From NCBI GenBank assembly GCA_965232015.1, contig OZ246946.1:3302612-3366611 (forward strand): a stretch of 64,000 nt of DNA, in the 5' to 3' direction. Below the pieces are notes generated by a model. The model was not told the DNA's origin and ran no database searches. It was given only the letters and a program-made list of their open reading frames with translations. Source of the stretch: Vicinamibacteria bacterium. Its GTDB lineage: Bacteria; Acidobacteriota; Vicinamibacteria; Marinacidobacterales; Marinacidobacteraceae. Below, in pieces: positions 28,430-36,395 of the stretch (the stretch's first letter is position 1; each line of letters starts with the position of its first letter). The position numbers and the translations under genes are program-made.

Positions 28430-30055
28430 CTATGCCAGGGTGTCGAAGATGTCGCCTTTCAGCTTTAGGTATTCCGGTGTCTCGGCCGTCACCAGAGGTG
28501 CGAGCACGTCGCGCATGAACGCGTGCTTCGATTCGCCAGCGGGTGACAGCTTCAATTGGGCTTTGGCCGCTTGATGCACCGCCTGGGCCGCGGGTTTTAG
28601 GTCGTCGTCCCCATGCTGGCCGCTAGCACGGGCCACAGCTTCGTCGCGAGACGCTCGAATCGCGTCGAAGTTGTCAGCCTTGCCAAGGCTGGCGCAGAGT
28701 CTTCGAAGAACGCCATCGCACAGTAGCATCGATTCGATGTTCCTGTATGCGGACATGACGCGAACCCCTTGGAAGTGCTTGTCCTCGATCTCCGCTGGCG
28801 TCAGGTCGTCTCGATCCCGAAATCTGACAATCTCTGAGCCGCTGACGATCCGCTCCAGGAAAGGAAGAAGGTCCCCCATGCGCTTCTCGACCTTCGTTGC
28901 TGAGCCGACTGAAACGAAGCGGGTTCGCGGAAACTCCCGTGCGAAGATCCGATTGTAGCAGGACTCATCAAGCGCGGGATCATCGCCTTCTGTGGAGCCC
29001 TCGCAGAGGACGATGCGATCGGGCGCCAGAAGCCCCGCCATGTCATCTAGGGCGACATCATAGTGCCGGGTCCAAAACCGGTGATCCGGATCAGCCGGTT
29101 CGATAATCTGCCGTTGATCGTAGTCCCTCGGTTCGCCGTCGCGATCGAAGCCCATGTCGAGGAAGACGACGTGCTCCGGGTGCGCGGCGCGGATCTCCTG
29201 AGCCGTCCGCACCATTCCGATGGAGTGAGTGGCGAGCCAAAGCTGGGAGTTGTCCGGTACCAGTCGATACATCTCTTTCAAGAGCGCGCCCTGCAGTTTC
29301 GTGCTTAGGTGAGCCTCCGGTTCGTCCACGCAATAGAGAGAATTGCTGAACGCAGCCCTACTTACGACTACATCTAGCAGTAGGTCGAACGCGGCCTTCT
29401 CCCCTGCCGACAGGTTTTCGTAGAGACAGTTGTTCGACATTCCTTTGGTGAAGGTGAACGTACCCTGGCCTTCGACTGCAACGACTGCGTTGAGGTGAAG
29501 GTCGCCGAATACGATCCCCATCGATTTCTGGAGGTCGCCGATCGTTTCCTCCAGTATCTGATCGGTCGTCAACCCAGGCGTCGTTACCTGGCCCAAGAGA
29601 CGCCAGATGATCCGCTGATAGTTGTTTTGTACAGTCTTGTCAGTGTCGATCAGCCGGCGAACCGCGTGCCGGTCGAGGATATCGGGTTGATGTGCGATGG
29701 TCGTTTGTTGGAAGGATGGGTCGTGCCGATAGGCAGAGCGAACATAAAGACTCTTCTTGAGGTCGTCCTGGGAGGTGGGGTTGTCGCCATGGAAATCCAA
29801 GATGACTTCATCGCTCGACGCAGTGGTCCCCGGCGTCCTCGGACGACGGTAGTACCTCTTGAATTCGTCGCTCATACCGTAGAATTGGTCCACCTTTAGC
29901 CGCCGTTGAAATGCATCGAACAGTGAGGACTTACCACAACCGTTCGGTCCCAAGAGAACAACGAGCTTCGCATCGAGAGGAAGATCGCAAATCGTTAGGT
30001 GGACGAAGCGCTTGAAGTACGTGATCTTGGCTGATTTCAATTTCATGGGACTAGT
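28430..30055 (-). CDS. ABC-type ATPase fused to a TOPRIM-like (DUF4435/OLD-family) domain; OLD/PARIS(AriAB)-like candidate defence nuclease
   Basis: Walker A LLGPNGCGKSSL, signature-like LSAGEKAAF, Walker B LYCVDEPEAHL, and H-loop LWLATHS. The C-terminal 'RIVLCEGSTEGDD' and 'FRDRDD' resemble TOPRIM acidic motifs. The start is at ATG 30055 (MKLKSAKITYF). The region is lower in GC than the genome. Confidence 0.65.
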   Translation of the reverse strand, partial: TSPMKLKSAKITYFKRFVHLTICDLPLDAKLVVLLGPNGCGKSSLFDAFQRRLKVDQFYGMSDEFKRYYRRPRTPGTTASSDEVILDFHGDNPTSQDDLKKSLYVRSAYRHDPSFQQTTIAHQPDILDRHAVRRLIDTDKTVQNNYQRIIWRLLGQVTTPGLTTDQILEETIGDLQKSMGIVFGDLHLNAVVAVEGQGTFTFTKGMSNNCLYENLSAGEKAAFDLLLDVVVSRAAFSNSLYCVDEPEAHLSTKLQGALLKEMYRLVPDNSQLWLATHSIGMVRTAQEIRAAHPEHVVFLDMGFDRDGEPRDYDQRQIIEPADPDHRFWTRHYDVALDDMAGLLAPDRIVLCEGSTEGDDPALDESCYNRIFAREFPRTRFVSVGSATKVEKRMGDLLPFLERIVSGSEIVRFRDRDDLTPAEIEDKHFQGVRVMSAYRNIESMLLCDGVLRRLCASLGKADNFDAIRASRDEAVARASGQHGDDDLKPAAQAVHQAAKAQLKLSPAGESKHAFMRDVLAPLVTAETPEYLKLKGDIFDTLA

Positions 30056-30252
30056 CCTTGTGGGCGCGTCGGTTCCGTAGGCGTTGCCGTCGCGAATCGG
30101 TGCAGCACGTCCTCCGCGACCGTCAGCATGCCGCCGGTCCCGCACGCGCCGTCGTAGAGCAGGTAGGTGCGGGCCTCGAGCCGGTCGGCGAAAATCGATA
30201 GCGTGCCGAGGATTCCAAGGCTCAGCGCTCGGTATCTCGACACTCCGGGCAA
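30043..30252 (-). pseudogene. Fragment of an N6-adenine DNA methyltransferase (motif I only)
   Basis: The short ORF contains 'LLYDGACGTGGMLTVA', the SAM-binding motif I (DPACGSGGFL-like) of HsdM/N6-MTases. There is no further MTase sequence, and it abuts the ATPase start. Confidence 0.3.
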
Positions 30253-30282
30253 GGTGGAGGCTACGCCAAGTACGGCGGCAGC

Positions 30283-30504
30283 TTAGTCTTCCACTCGCTC
30301 ATCAGGGCGAGCGCGCACCGCACGGATTGGCGATCCTCGAGCGAGATCCCGCTCTCCCGGCGCCAGAGGGCCGCAAAGGAACTCGGCCCACGCGACGGCG
30401 CTGACCAGTACCGGTTCATCCGAATCCGTGGTCTCCATGAGGTGGGACTCCGGTGAGCCCGGTTCCAGCATTCGGATCAGGAAACTGCTGTCCAAGTGAA
30501 TCAC
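30283..30504 (-). pseudogene. vapC: Truncated PIN-domain toxin VapC (first ~73 codons only)
   Basis: MIHLDSSFLIR...VSAVAWAEFLCG carries the first two acidic PIN residues, but the ORF ends after 73 aa, with the distal Asp residues missing. Its ATG overlaps the vapB stop (ATGA). Confidence 0.5.
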
Positions 30505-30788
30505 GAAGGATCGTCCCCCAATCGGGGAAAGGACCCGGATCGGATCTCACCCGCCTCTCGCTCCCACGCCGCGAGATCGACGCCGCGAGACGCCACCGAT
30601 TCCTGAAGTGATCGGAGGGCCCGGCGGCGCGTCTCGGCGCGGGAGGGCACTCGTTCGGAAGCGCCTCGAATCGCCCTCCGAAGCGCTGCGGACTTCGAGA
30701 CGTTCCAGTGACGCGCCAGGTCCTCCAGTCTCCGGGCGGTGTCCGGATCAAGGGAGAGCGTGGCCTTGATGATCGTCATCGTGGCCAT
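30501..30788 (-). CDS. vapB: VapB-type antitoxin (ribbon-helix-helix/CopG-like)
   Basis: 95 aa. 'TIIKATLSLDPDTARRLEDLARHWNVSKSAALRRAIR' is a typical RHH antitoxin N-terminus. It sits upstream of and overlaps vapC. Confidence 0.6.
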   Translation of the reverse strand: MATMTIIKATLSLDPDTARRLEDLARHWNVSKSAALRRAIRGASERVPSRAETRRRALRSLQESVASRGVDLAAWEREAGEIRSGSFPRLGDDPS

Positions 30789-30907
30789 GAGTCGATTGTA
30801 TGGCCATACCGTCTCGCATCCGTCTCGACCGGAATGCCGAGGCTCCCGGTCGGGAGTCCCGTGAGGTGTGCGCCGACCGCCTCTGCCCGCTATGCTTTGC
30901 GCTTGAA

Positions 30908-31061
30908 AATGAAAACCGGTTCCATCTTTCCCGAACGGCTCCGGCAGTCGAAGCTCGCGAAACGGCTCGCCGGCGCCGCCTTCCTGTTCTTCCTGATCAA
31001 GGGCCTGGTCTGGCTGGGCATCTTCGCGGCCGCGGCGTGGGCCGCCTGGCGGGTCTCGTGA
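30908..31061 (+). CDS. Small hypothetical membrane protein (50 aa)
   Basis: MKTGSIFPERLRQSKLAKRLAGAAFLFFLIKGLVWLGIFAAAAWAAWRVS has a single TM helix. Its stop overlaps the GTG start of the heme oxygenase gene (GTGA). Confidence 0.35.
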
Positions 31062-31681
31062 CGACGAACGGCGCGAACGGACTCGCCGATCTCCTCAAGG
31101 AGGCGACCGCCGAAGCCCATCGGTCGGCCGAGAACCACTCCTTCCAGAGATCCCTGGTCCGGGGCCGGGTGTCCCGCGCCGCCCTCGTCCGGCACCAGAC
31201 GGGTCTTCTCGAGCTCGTCCGGGCCATCGAGACGGGCCTCGCCGCGCTCGGCTCCTCGGGAGAGGGGTTCCGGAAGGCGATGCGGGCTCACGCGGCGCGC
31301 CTCGAAGCCGATCTCGGCGGACTGCGGAACGGGGAGCCGGGGCCGCCCTCCCCGGGAGTGCGGGCTTTCCGCGATGCGCTCGGCGGTGATTCGTGGCCCC
31401 CGCAGGCGGCCCTCGCCGCGTTTTACGTCATCGAGGGTTCGATGAACGGGAACCGCTTCATCCGAAGAGCGCTCCTCGCAGCACGCCCCGATCTGGCCGG
31501 TCATCTCGCTTACTTCGACCCCTACGGAGGAGATCAGCGGCGCTACTGGCAGGAGACCCGGACCGAGATCAGCCGAATCGGCGAGCAGATCGGTTCTCCC
31601 GAGGTCGCGGTCCGGGCCGCCCGAGCGACCTTCGAGGCGGCCGGAGCGCTGGCCTCCGAAGCCGTGGGCTCCTCCGCTTGA
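31058..31681 (+). CDS. Heme oxygenase (biliverdin-producing, HO/HmuO/PigA family)
   Basis: The start 'TTNGANGLADLLKEATAEAHRSAENHSF' matches the HO N-terminus (…LKE/QATAEAH…E…). The proposed GTG start is at 31058. It is ~207 aa. Confidence 0.65.
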   Translation: MTTNGANGLADLLKEATAEAHRSAENHSFQRSLVRGRVSRAALVRHQTGLLELVRAIETGLAALGSSGEGFRKAMRAHAARLEADLGGLRNGEPGPPSPGVRAFRDALGGDSWPPQAALAAFYVIEGSMNGNRFIRRALLAARPDLAGHLAYFDPYGGDQRRYWQETRTEISRIGEQIGSPEVAVRAARATFEAAGALASEAVGSSA

Positions 31682-32022
31682 GCGACGGGCCCGGCGCCGC
31701 GGGGTTCCAGCTCGCGATCAGTACCGCTGCAACGCCCGCCGAGGCCGAGCGGATCGCCGCCGCCCTCGTCGAGGAACGCCTCGCCGCCTGCGTGAACATC
31801 GTCCCGGGCGCAACCTCGATCTACCGCTGGGAGGGGAAGATCCATCGCGACCGCGAAGTGCTGCTCCTCCTCAAGACGACCGACGACGCCCTCGATGCGC
31901 TGCGGGAACGGCTTCTGGAACTCCATCCCTACGAAACCCCGGAGTTCCTCGCGTTCCAGGTCGCCTCCGGCGCGCCCGCCTACCTCCGCTGGATCGCCGA
32001 CTCAGTCGACCCTCACGGGTGA
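31678..32022 (+). CDS. cutA: Divalent-cation tolerance protein CutA
   Basis: C-terminal 'AACVNIVPGATSIYRWEGKIHRDREVLLLLKTTDDALDALRERLLELHPYETPEF' is classic CutA1. The TTG start at 31678 overlaps the heme oxygenase stop. Confidence 0.75.
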   Translation: MSDGPGAAGFQLAISTAATPAEAERIAAALVEERLAACVNIVPGATSIYRWEGKIHRDREVLLLLKTTDDALDALRERLLELHPYETPEFLAFQVASGAPAYLRWIADSVDPHG

Positions 32023-32161
32023 CGGCAGGCCCACAGCTTCAGAGTGCAGCCGAGGCTGGTAGGATGTTCCTTAACAGGAGGACTCGCTTCCGTGTTGCTT
32101 CGTTGCCGGGGCAACGACGGACTAGGAAGCGATCGAAATCCTGTCTCAGACCTACAGGAGC

Positions 32162-32989
32162 TTGTCCATAGTGAGTGAAGAACCACGAAAGATGCGTGTG
32201 ATCGCCGTCGACCCTGCACCCGGCAAGACGAGCACCGTGTTCGACGGGAACGAGTTCTGCGAGAAGGAAGCGTCCGCGCTTCGTAAGTTCTTGGACAAGC
32301 CGTGCAACCGAACACACGAGACCCTAGTCTGCTGGGATGCGCCGCTCACCGGTCCGGCGGATCCTTTGTCCGCTGGAGAGATTCCTGGTGACTTCACGCA
32401 GAGACCGATTGAACGGTTCTTCCCAAGGAGACTGGAGACCGCAAGGAGTCCATCGGATTTGAGGCTCGAGACCCCGTCGGGAATTTCGGTGCAGGGTTAC
32501 GCGGGCTGCCAGCACTGGACCATTTCGAGATCTCTCCTCGGTTTGCCAAGGACCGGACGTTTTGACTGTGCCTACAGCGAACTACCATTTCATCTAGTAG
32601 AGGGCGCAGCGTGCCTGAGTGCGGGGCGGCCCTGCGTCGTTGAGATTCATCCGGCTGTGGCAGCGTGGCTGTGGTGTCGATGCGAGAGAGGAGCGGACGC
32701 AGACTGGAGATACAAGGGGAACAAGGGAACCAAGAAAAGCAGGGAAAGAGTTCGCGAAGAAATGTGGTCGATCATCCTCGACAAGACACAGTTTCCGTGG
32801 GAGACGCCGCTGACGCCGAAGAACGACGATCAGTTCGATGCTGCTGTGGGCTACATCTTGGGCAGCCTGTACGCCGATGAGGAGACGAGGGACAAAGTGA
32901 CCCTGCTCGGCAGCCGTGAGACGGGTTCGTTTCTCCTGCCTGTAGTGCGTGGGCTTGAGGAGAAGTGGAACGATTGGATCAAGCCGTGA
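32162..32989 (+). CDS. Hypothetical protein, probable DUF429/COG4923-like RNase H-fold protein (low-GC patch)
   Basis: 275 aa. 'MRVIAVDPAPGKTSTVFDG' resembles the RNase H-like N-terminal strand with Asp. The C-terminus 'DDQFDAAVGYILG' also fits the fold. Local GC is ~55% against ~70% for the genome. It is a distant paralog of 58268-58897. Confidence 0.55.
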   Translation: MSIVSEEPRKMRVIAVDPAPGKTSTVFDGNEFCEKEASALRKFLDKPCNRTHETLVCWDAPLTGPADPLSAGEIPGDFTQRPIERFFPRRLETARSPSDLRLETPSGISVQGYAGCQHWTISRSLLGLPRTGRFDCAYSELPFHLVEGAACLSAGRPCVVEIHPAVAAWLWCRCERGADADWRYKGNKGTKKSRERVREEMWSIILDKTQFPWETPLTPKNDDQFDAAVGYILGSLYADEETRDKVTLLGSRETGSFLLPVVRGLEEKWNDWIKP

Positions 32990-33162
32990 GCGGAGGCTGC
33001 CGTTGGGGACCGCCCGGCAGTCGGTCCCGGCCGCAGTGCCGGTCTGGAGACCGGCGCTCCATACGGCGCCCGTGCCGTCGTTGACGGGGAGTCGGCACGG
33101 TCGGTAGCGTTCGCGCTACGTGCGGAGCCGCCGAGGTCCGCACTCCAGGGGGAGTTCATCCG

Positions 33163-34215
33163 ATGCGAACGAATCGCGTGATCCACGCCGTGGATCTCCA
33201 CGCCGCCGGGGAGCCGGGCCGCGTGATCGTGGGTGGCGTGCTCGACGTGCCCGGCGCCACGATGTTCGAGAAGATGCAGCACCTGGAGCGGCACGGGGAC
33301 GGGCTGCGGAAGCTGATGCTGCGCGAGCCGCGGGGCTACCCCGCCTCGAACTGCAACCTGGTCCTTCCCCCGACCCACCCCGACGCCGACGCCGGGTTCG
33401 TGATCATGGAGCAGACCGAGTATCCGCCGATGTCGGGCACGAACACGATGTGCACGGTGACCGCTCTCCTCGAGACCGGGATGCTTCCGGCGAAGGAGCC
33501 GGTCACCGAACTCGTGCTCGAAACCCCCGCCGGGCTCGTGGGCGTCGAGGCCCGGGTCGAGGGCGGGAAGGTGACCCGGGTGACGTTCGAGAACGTGCCC
33601 GTCTTTCCGGTCCACCTGGGAGCAACGGTCGAGGTTCCGACTCTCGGCGGGGTCGAGGTGGATGTCGCCTGGGGCGGGATGTTCTACGCGATCGCCGAGG
33701 CGGCGCGGTTCGGCCTCCGGATCGCCCCCGAATGCGGCCGGGATCTCGCCCGGGTGGGGGCGATGGTGAAGCAGGCGGCGCGCGAGCAGCTCGAAGTGGT
33801 CCACCCCGAAAACCCCGAGATCCGCCAGGCGAGCATCGGCCAGCTCACCGGGCCGTGGGACCGGAAGACCCGCACCGCCTCGAACGCGGTGTCGGTGGCG
33901 ACCGGCGAACTCGACTGGGACCGGCCCGAGACCTGGACCGGCGCGCTCGACCGCTCCCCGTGCGGCACCGGGACCTGCGCCCGGATGGCGGTCCTCCACG
34001 CCCGCGGCGAGCTGGGGCTCGGAGAGGACTTCGTGAACCGGGGGCCGGTCGGCACCGAGTTCATCGGCCGGCTGGTGCGGCGCACGACGGTCGGCGGCGT
34101 ACCCGCGGTCGTTCCCACGATCAGCGGTGCGGCGTGGATCACCGGGATCGCCCAGTATTCGGTGGACCCGGCCGACCCGTTCCCGGAGGGCTTCACCCTC
34201 GGGGACATCTGGTAA
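33163..34215 (+). CDS. Proline racemase family enzyme (4-hydroxyproline 2-epimerase/proline racemase-like; both catalytic Cys present)
   Basis: 350 aa. 'MSGTNTMC' (first Cys) and 'SPCGTGTCA' (second Cys) are hallmark motifs of the PrdF/4-Hyp epimerase family. Confidence 0.85.
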   Translation: MRTNRVIHAVDLHAAGEPGRVIVGGVLDVPGATMFEKMQHLERHGDGLRKLMLREPRGYPASNCNLVLPPTHPDADAGFVIMEQTEYPPMSGTNTMCTVTALLETGMLPAKEPVTELVLETPAGLVGVEARVEGGKVTRVTFENVPVFPVHLGATVEVPTLGGVEVDVAWGGMFYAIAEAARFGLRIAPECGRDLARVGAMVKQAAREQLEVVHPENPEIRQASIGQLTGPWDRKTRTASNAVSVATGELDWDRPETWTGALDRSPCGTGTCARMAVLHARGELGLGEDFVNRGPVGTEFIGRLVRRTTVGGVPAVVPTISGAAWITGIAQYSVDPADPFPEGFTLGDIW

Positions 34216-34331
34216 GCGTCGAACGCACCGCGCGGCCGGCCGGCCCACTCGCCGGGCGGCGGGGGACCGCTGTCACCGGTCGCGGATATCATGTTTCGTT
34301 CGCCTGCGTGCGTCCGAGGAGGTCGTGCTCG

Positions 34332-36395
34332 ATGTTGTCCGAATCCGTGAACCCCATTCCGCCCGTCGCGAAGTCGCGTCGGTGTGTGCGCGTCGCCGCG
34401 TGGATCGTCGCCACCATGGCGCTCGCTGCTCCAGCCGCCGCCCAGGAGCCGACCGAGCTGGTGGTGACGCCGTCCGAGTTGACCCTCGAGGTCGGCGGCA
34501 CCGCCCAGCTCCAGGCCGAAGTCCGCGACGCCAGCGGCGCCGCCGTGGAGCGGCAGGTCGTCTTCTTCTCGCGCGCCCGACGCTACGTGGGCGTGACGCC
34601 CACCGGCATGGTGGAGGCGCACCGTCCCGGCGAGCACACGCTGATCGCGCTCGTGCCGGTGGAGGATGGCCCGGCGAGCCGGCGGTCCGAGGCCTCGGTC
34701 ATGGTCGAGATCCCGGTCTCGGTCGCGTGGCCGCCGCTCGCTTCGGTGGAAGTGGCGCCGCTGCCGTCGAGCCTCTACGCGCGGACGTCGCTCCCGGTGA
34801 GCGCCAGCGCGACCGACGAATCGGGCGCCGACCGGAAGCCGGAGTTCAACTGGAGCTCGAGTGACGCCTCGGTCGCGACCGTCAGCGAGCACGGGATGCT
34901 CATGCTCCACGGCGAGGGCTCGGCGACCATCACCGCTACCGCGGAGGGGGTCCGGGGAACGGCCGACCTCTCGGTCGCCGCCAATCCGGCGGTCCGCATC
35001 GAGGTGTCTCCCGACGGCGCCGAGGCGCGCACCGGCGATGTGGTGTGGCTGGAGGCTTCGGCTCTCGACGCGGCGGGGAACGCGGTGCCCGACTACCCGC
35101 TCCAGTACGCCGTCTTCACGCGTACTCCACCGAACCTCGTCGCCCCGGGCGCCGCGGCCTTCGTGGAGCCCGATGGGGCGTTCGTGGCCGAGCGCGCCGG
35201 TCTCCACACCGTCGTCGTATCCGGCGGAGGGCTCACCGCCCGGACCTCCCTCCGCGCCGTCCCCCGGGACATCAGGAAGGACTGGGAGATCGTGGGCCGT
35301 GGCCCGGTGCGCGACCGGCACACCTCGGATCTGTGGGTCTGGGAGGGTCTCGACGGACGCGACTACGCCGTCACCGGGACCTGGGGCGCCGACGGCCATG
35401 CTTACTTCTGGGATGTGACCGACCCGTCGAGCATTCATCTCGTGGACACCGTCCGGGTCAACGCCCGCACCGTGAACGACGTGAAGGTCTCGCCTGATGG
35501 CAAGTTCGCGGTGATCAGCCGCGAGGGAGCGTCGGACCGCAAGAACGGCCTCGTCGTGCTCGATGTCTCGAACCCGACCGACGGCGTTCGCATCCTGTCC
35601 CGCTACGACGATCAGTTGAGCGGCGGAGTCCACAACGTCTTCGTCGCCGAGGAGCACATCTACGCGCTTTCCGCGGGTCGTCGCTACGACATCCTGAACG
35701 CCGAGGATCCGGCGAACCCCTACCGGGTGGGACGGTTCGAGCTCGACACCCCCGGGCACGGCATCCACGACGTGTGGGTCCATGAGGGGATTGCGTGGTC
35801 CTCGAACTGGACCGACGGGATCGTGGCGGTGGATGTCGGCGGCGGCGAGCTCGGCGGCGCGCCGAACGACCCGAAGATGATCGGCAGCTTCACCTACCCG
35901 AGCGGCTGGAACCACGCCGGCTTCCCCTACCGCAGCCAGTCCACCGGCAAGATGCTCGTCTTCGCCGGAGACGAGAGCTTCCCCTGGACCTTCGATCCCG
36001 AGGGCGACCTGCCCGATCGCGCCGCCGGCTGGATCCACATCGCCGAGTGGGACGAGGAAGGCGGCGAGGGCCGCGAAGTGGCGCGTTACCAAGTGCCCGA
36101 GGCGGGCAGCCACAACGTGTGGGTCGAGGACGACATCCTCTACGTCGGCTACTACAACGGCGGGCTCCGGGTTGTGGACGTCTCGGGTGACCTCCGCGGC
36201 GACCTCTACACCCAGGGCCGCGAGATCGCCTTCTTCGAGCCCGCTGATCCCGACGGATACAAGAAGAACGCCCCCTTCGCGTGGGGCGCGCAGCCGTTCA
36301 AGGGCCACATCTTCCTCACCGACTGGAACTCCGGCCTGTGGGCGATGAAGCTGGTGGACCCGGAGACGCCCCGGAACATGGGAGAACCGCAGTGA
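34332..36395 (+). CDS. Secreted Big_2 (bacterial Ig-like) + LVIVD-repeat beta-propeller protein, paralog 1
   Basis: Signal peptide. N-terminal Big_2-like 'LVVTPSELTLEVGGTAQLQAEVRD'. Repeated LVIVD-type strands (GLVVLDVSNP, GIVAVDVGG, GLRVVDVSG). It is ~50% identical to the other three paralogs. Confidence 0.8.
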   Translation: MLSESVNPIPPVAKSRRCVRVAAWIVATMALAAPAAAQEPTELVVTPSELTLEVGGTAQLQAEVRDASGAAVERQVVFFSRARRYVGVTPTGMVEAHRPGEHTLIALVPVEDGPASRRSEASVMVEIPVSVAWPPLASVEVAPLPSSLYARTSLPVSASATDESGADRKPEFNWSSSDASVATVSEHGMLMLHGEGSATITATAEGVRGTADLSVAANPAVRIEVSPDGAEARTGDVVWLEASALDAAGNAVPDYPLQYAVFTRTPPNLVAPGAAAFVEPDGAFVAERAGLHTVVVSGGGLTARTSLRAVPRDIRKDWEIVGRGPVRDRHTSDLWVWEGLDGRDYAVTGTWGADGHAYFWDVTDPSSIHLVDTVRVNARTVNDVKVSPDGKFAVISREGASDRKNGLVVLDVSNPTDGVRILSRYDDQLSGGVHNVFVAEEHIYALSAGRRYDILNAEDPANPYRVGRFELDTPGHGIHDVWVHEGIAWSSNWTDGIVAVDVGGGELGGAPNDPKMIGSFTYPSGWNHAGFPYRSQSTGKMLVFAGDESFPWTFDPEGDLPDRAAGWIHIAEWDEEGGEGREVARYQVPEAGSHNVWVEDDILYVGYYNGGLRVVDVSGDLRGDLYTQGREIAFFEPADPDGYKKNAPFAWGAQPFKGHIFLTDWNSGLWAMKLVDPETPRNMGEPQ

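Noticed and set aside
33120-34330. N-terminal 400 codons of the 1091-aa ORF 33120-36395.
   Set aside because: They overlap the proline-racemase-family gene in another frame. The genuine LVIVD gene starts at the internal ATG at 34332, which is followed by a signal peptide.
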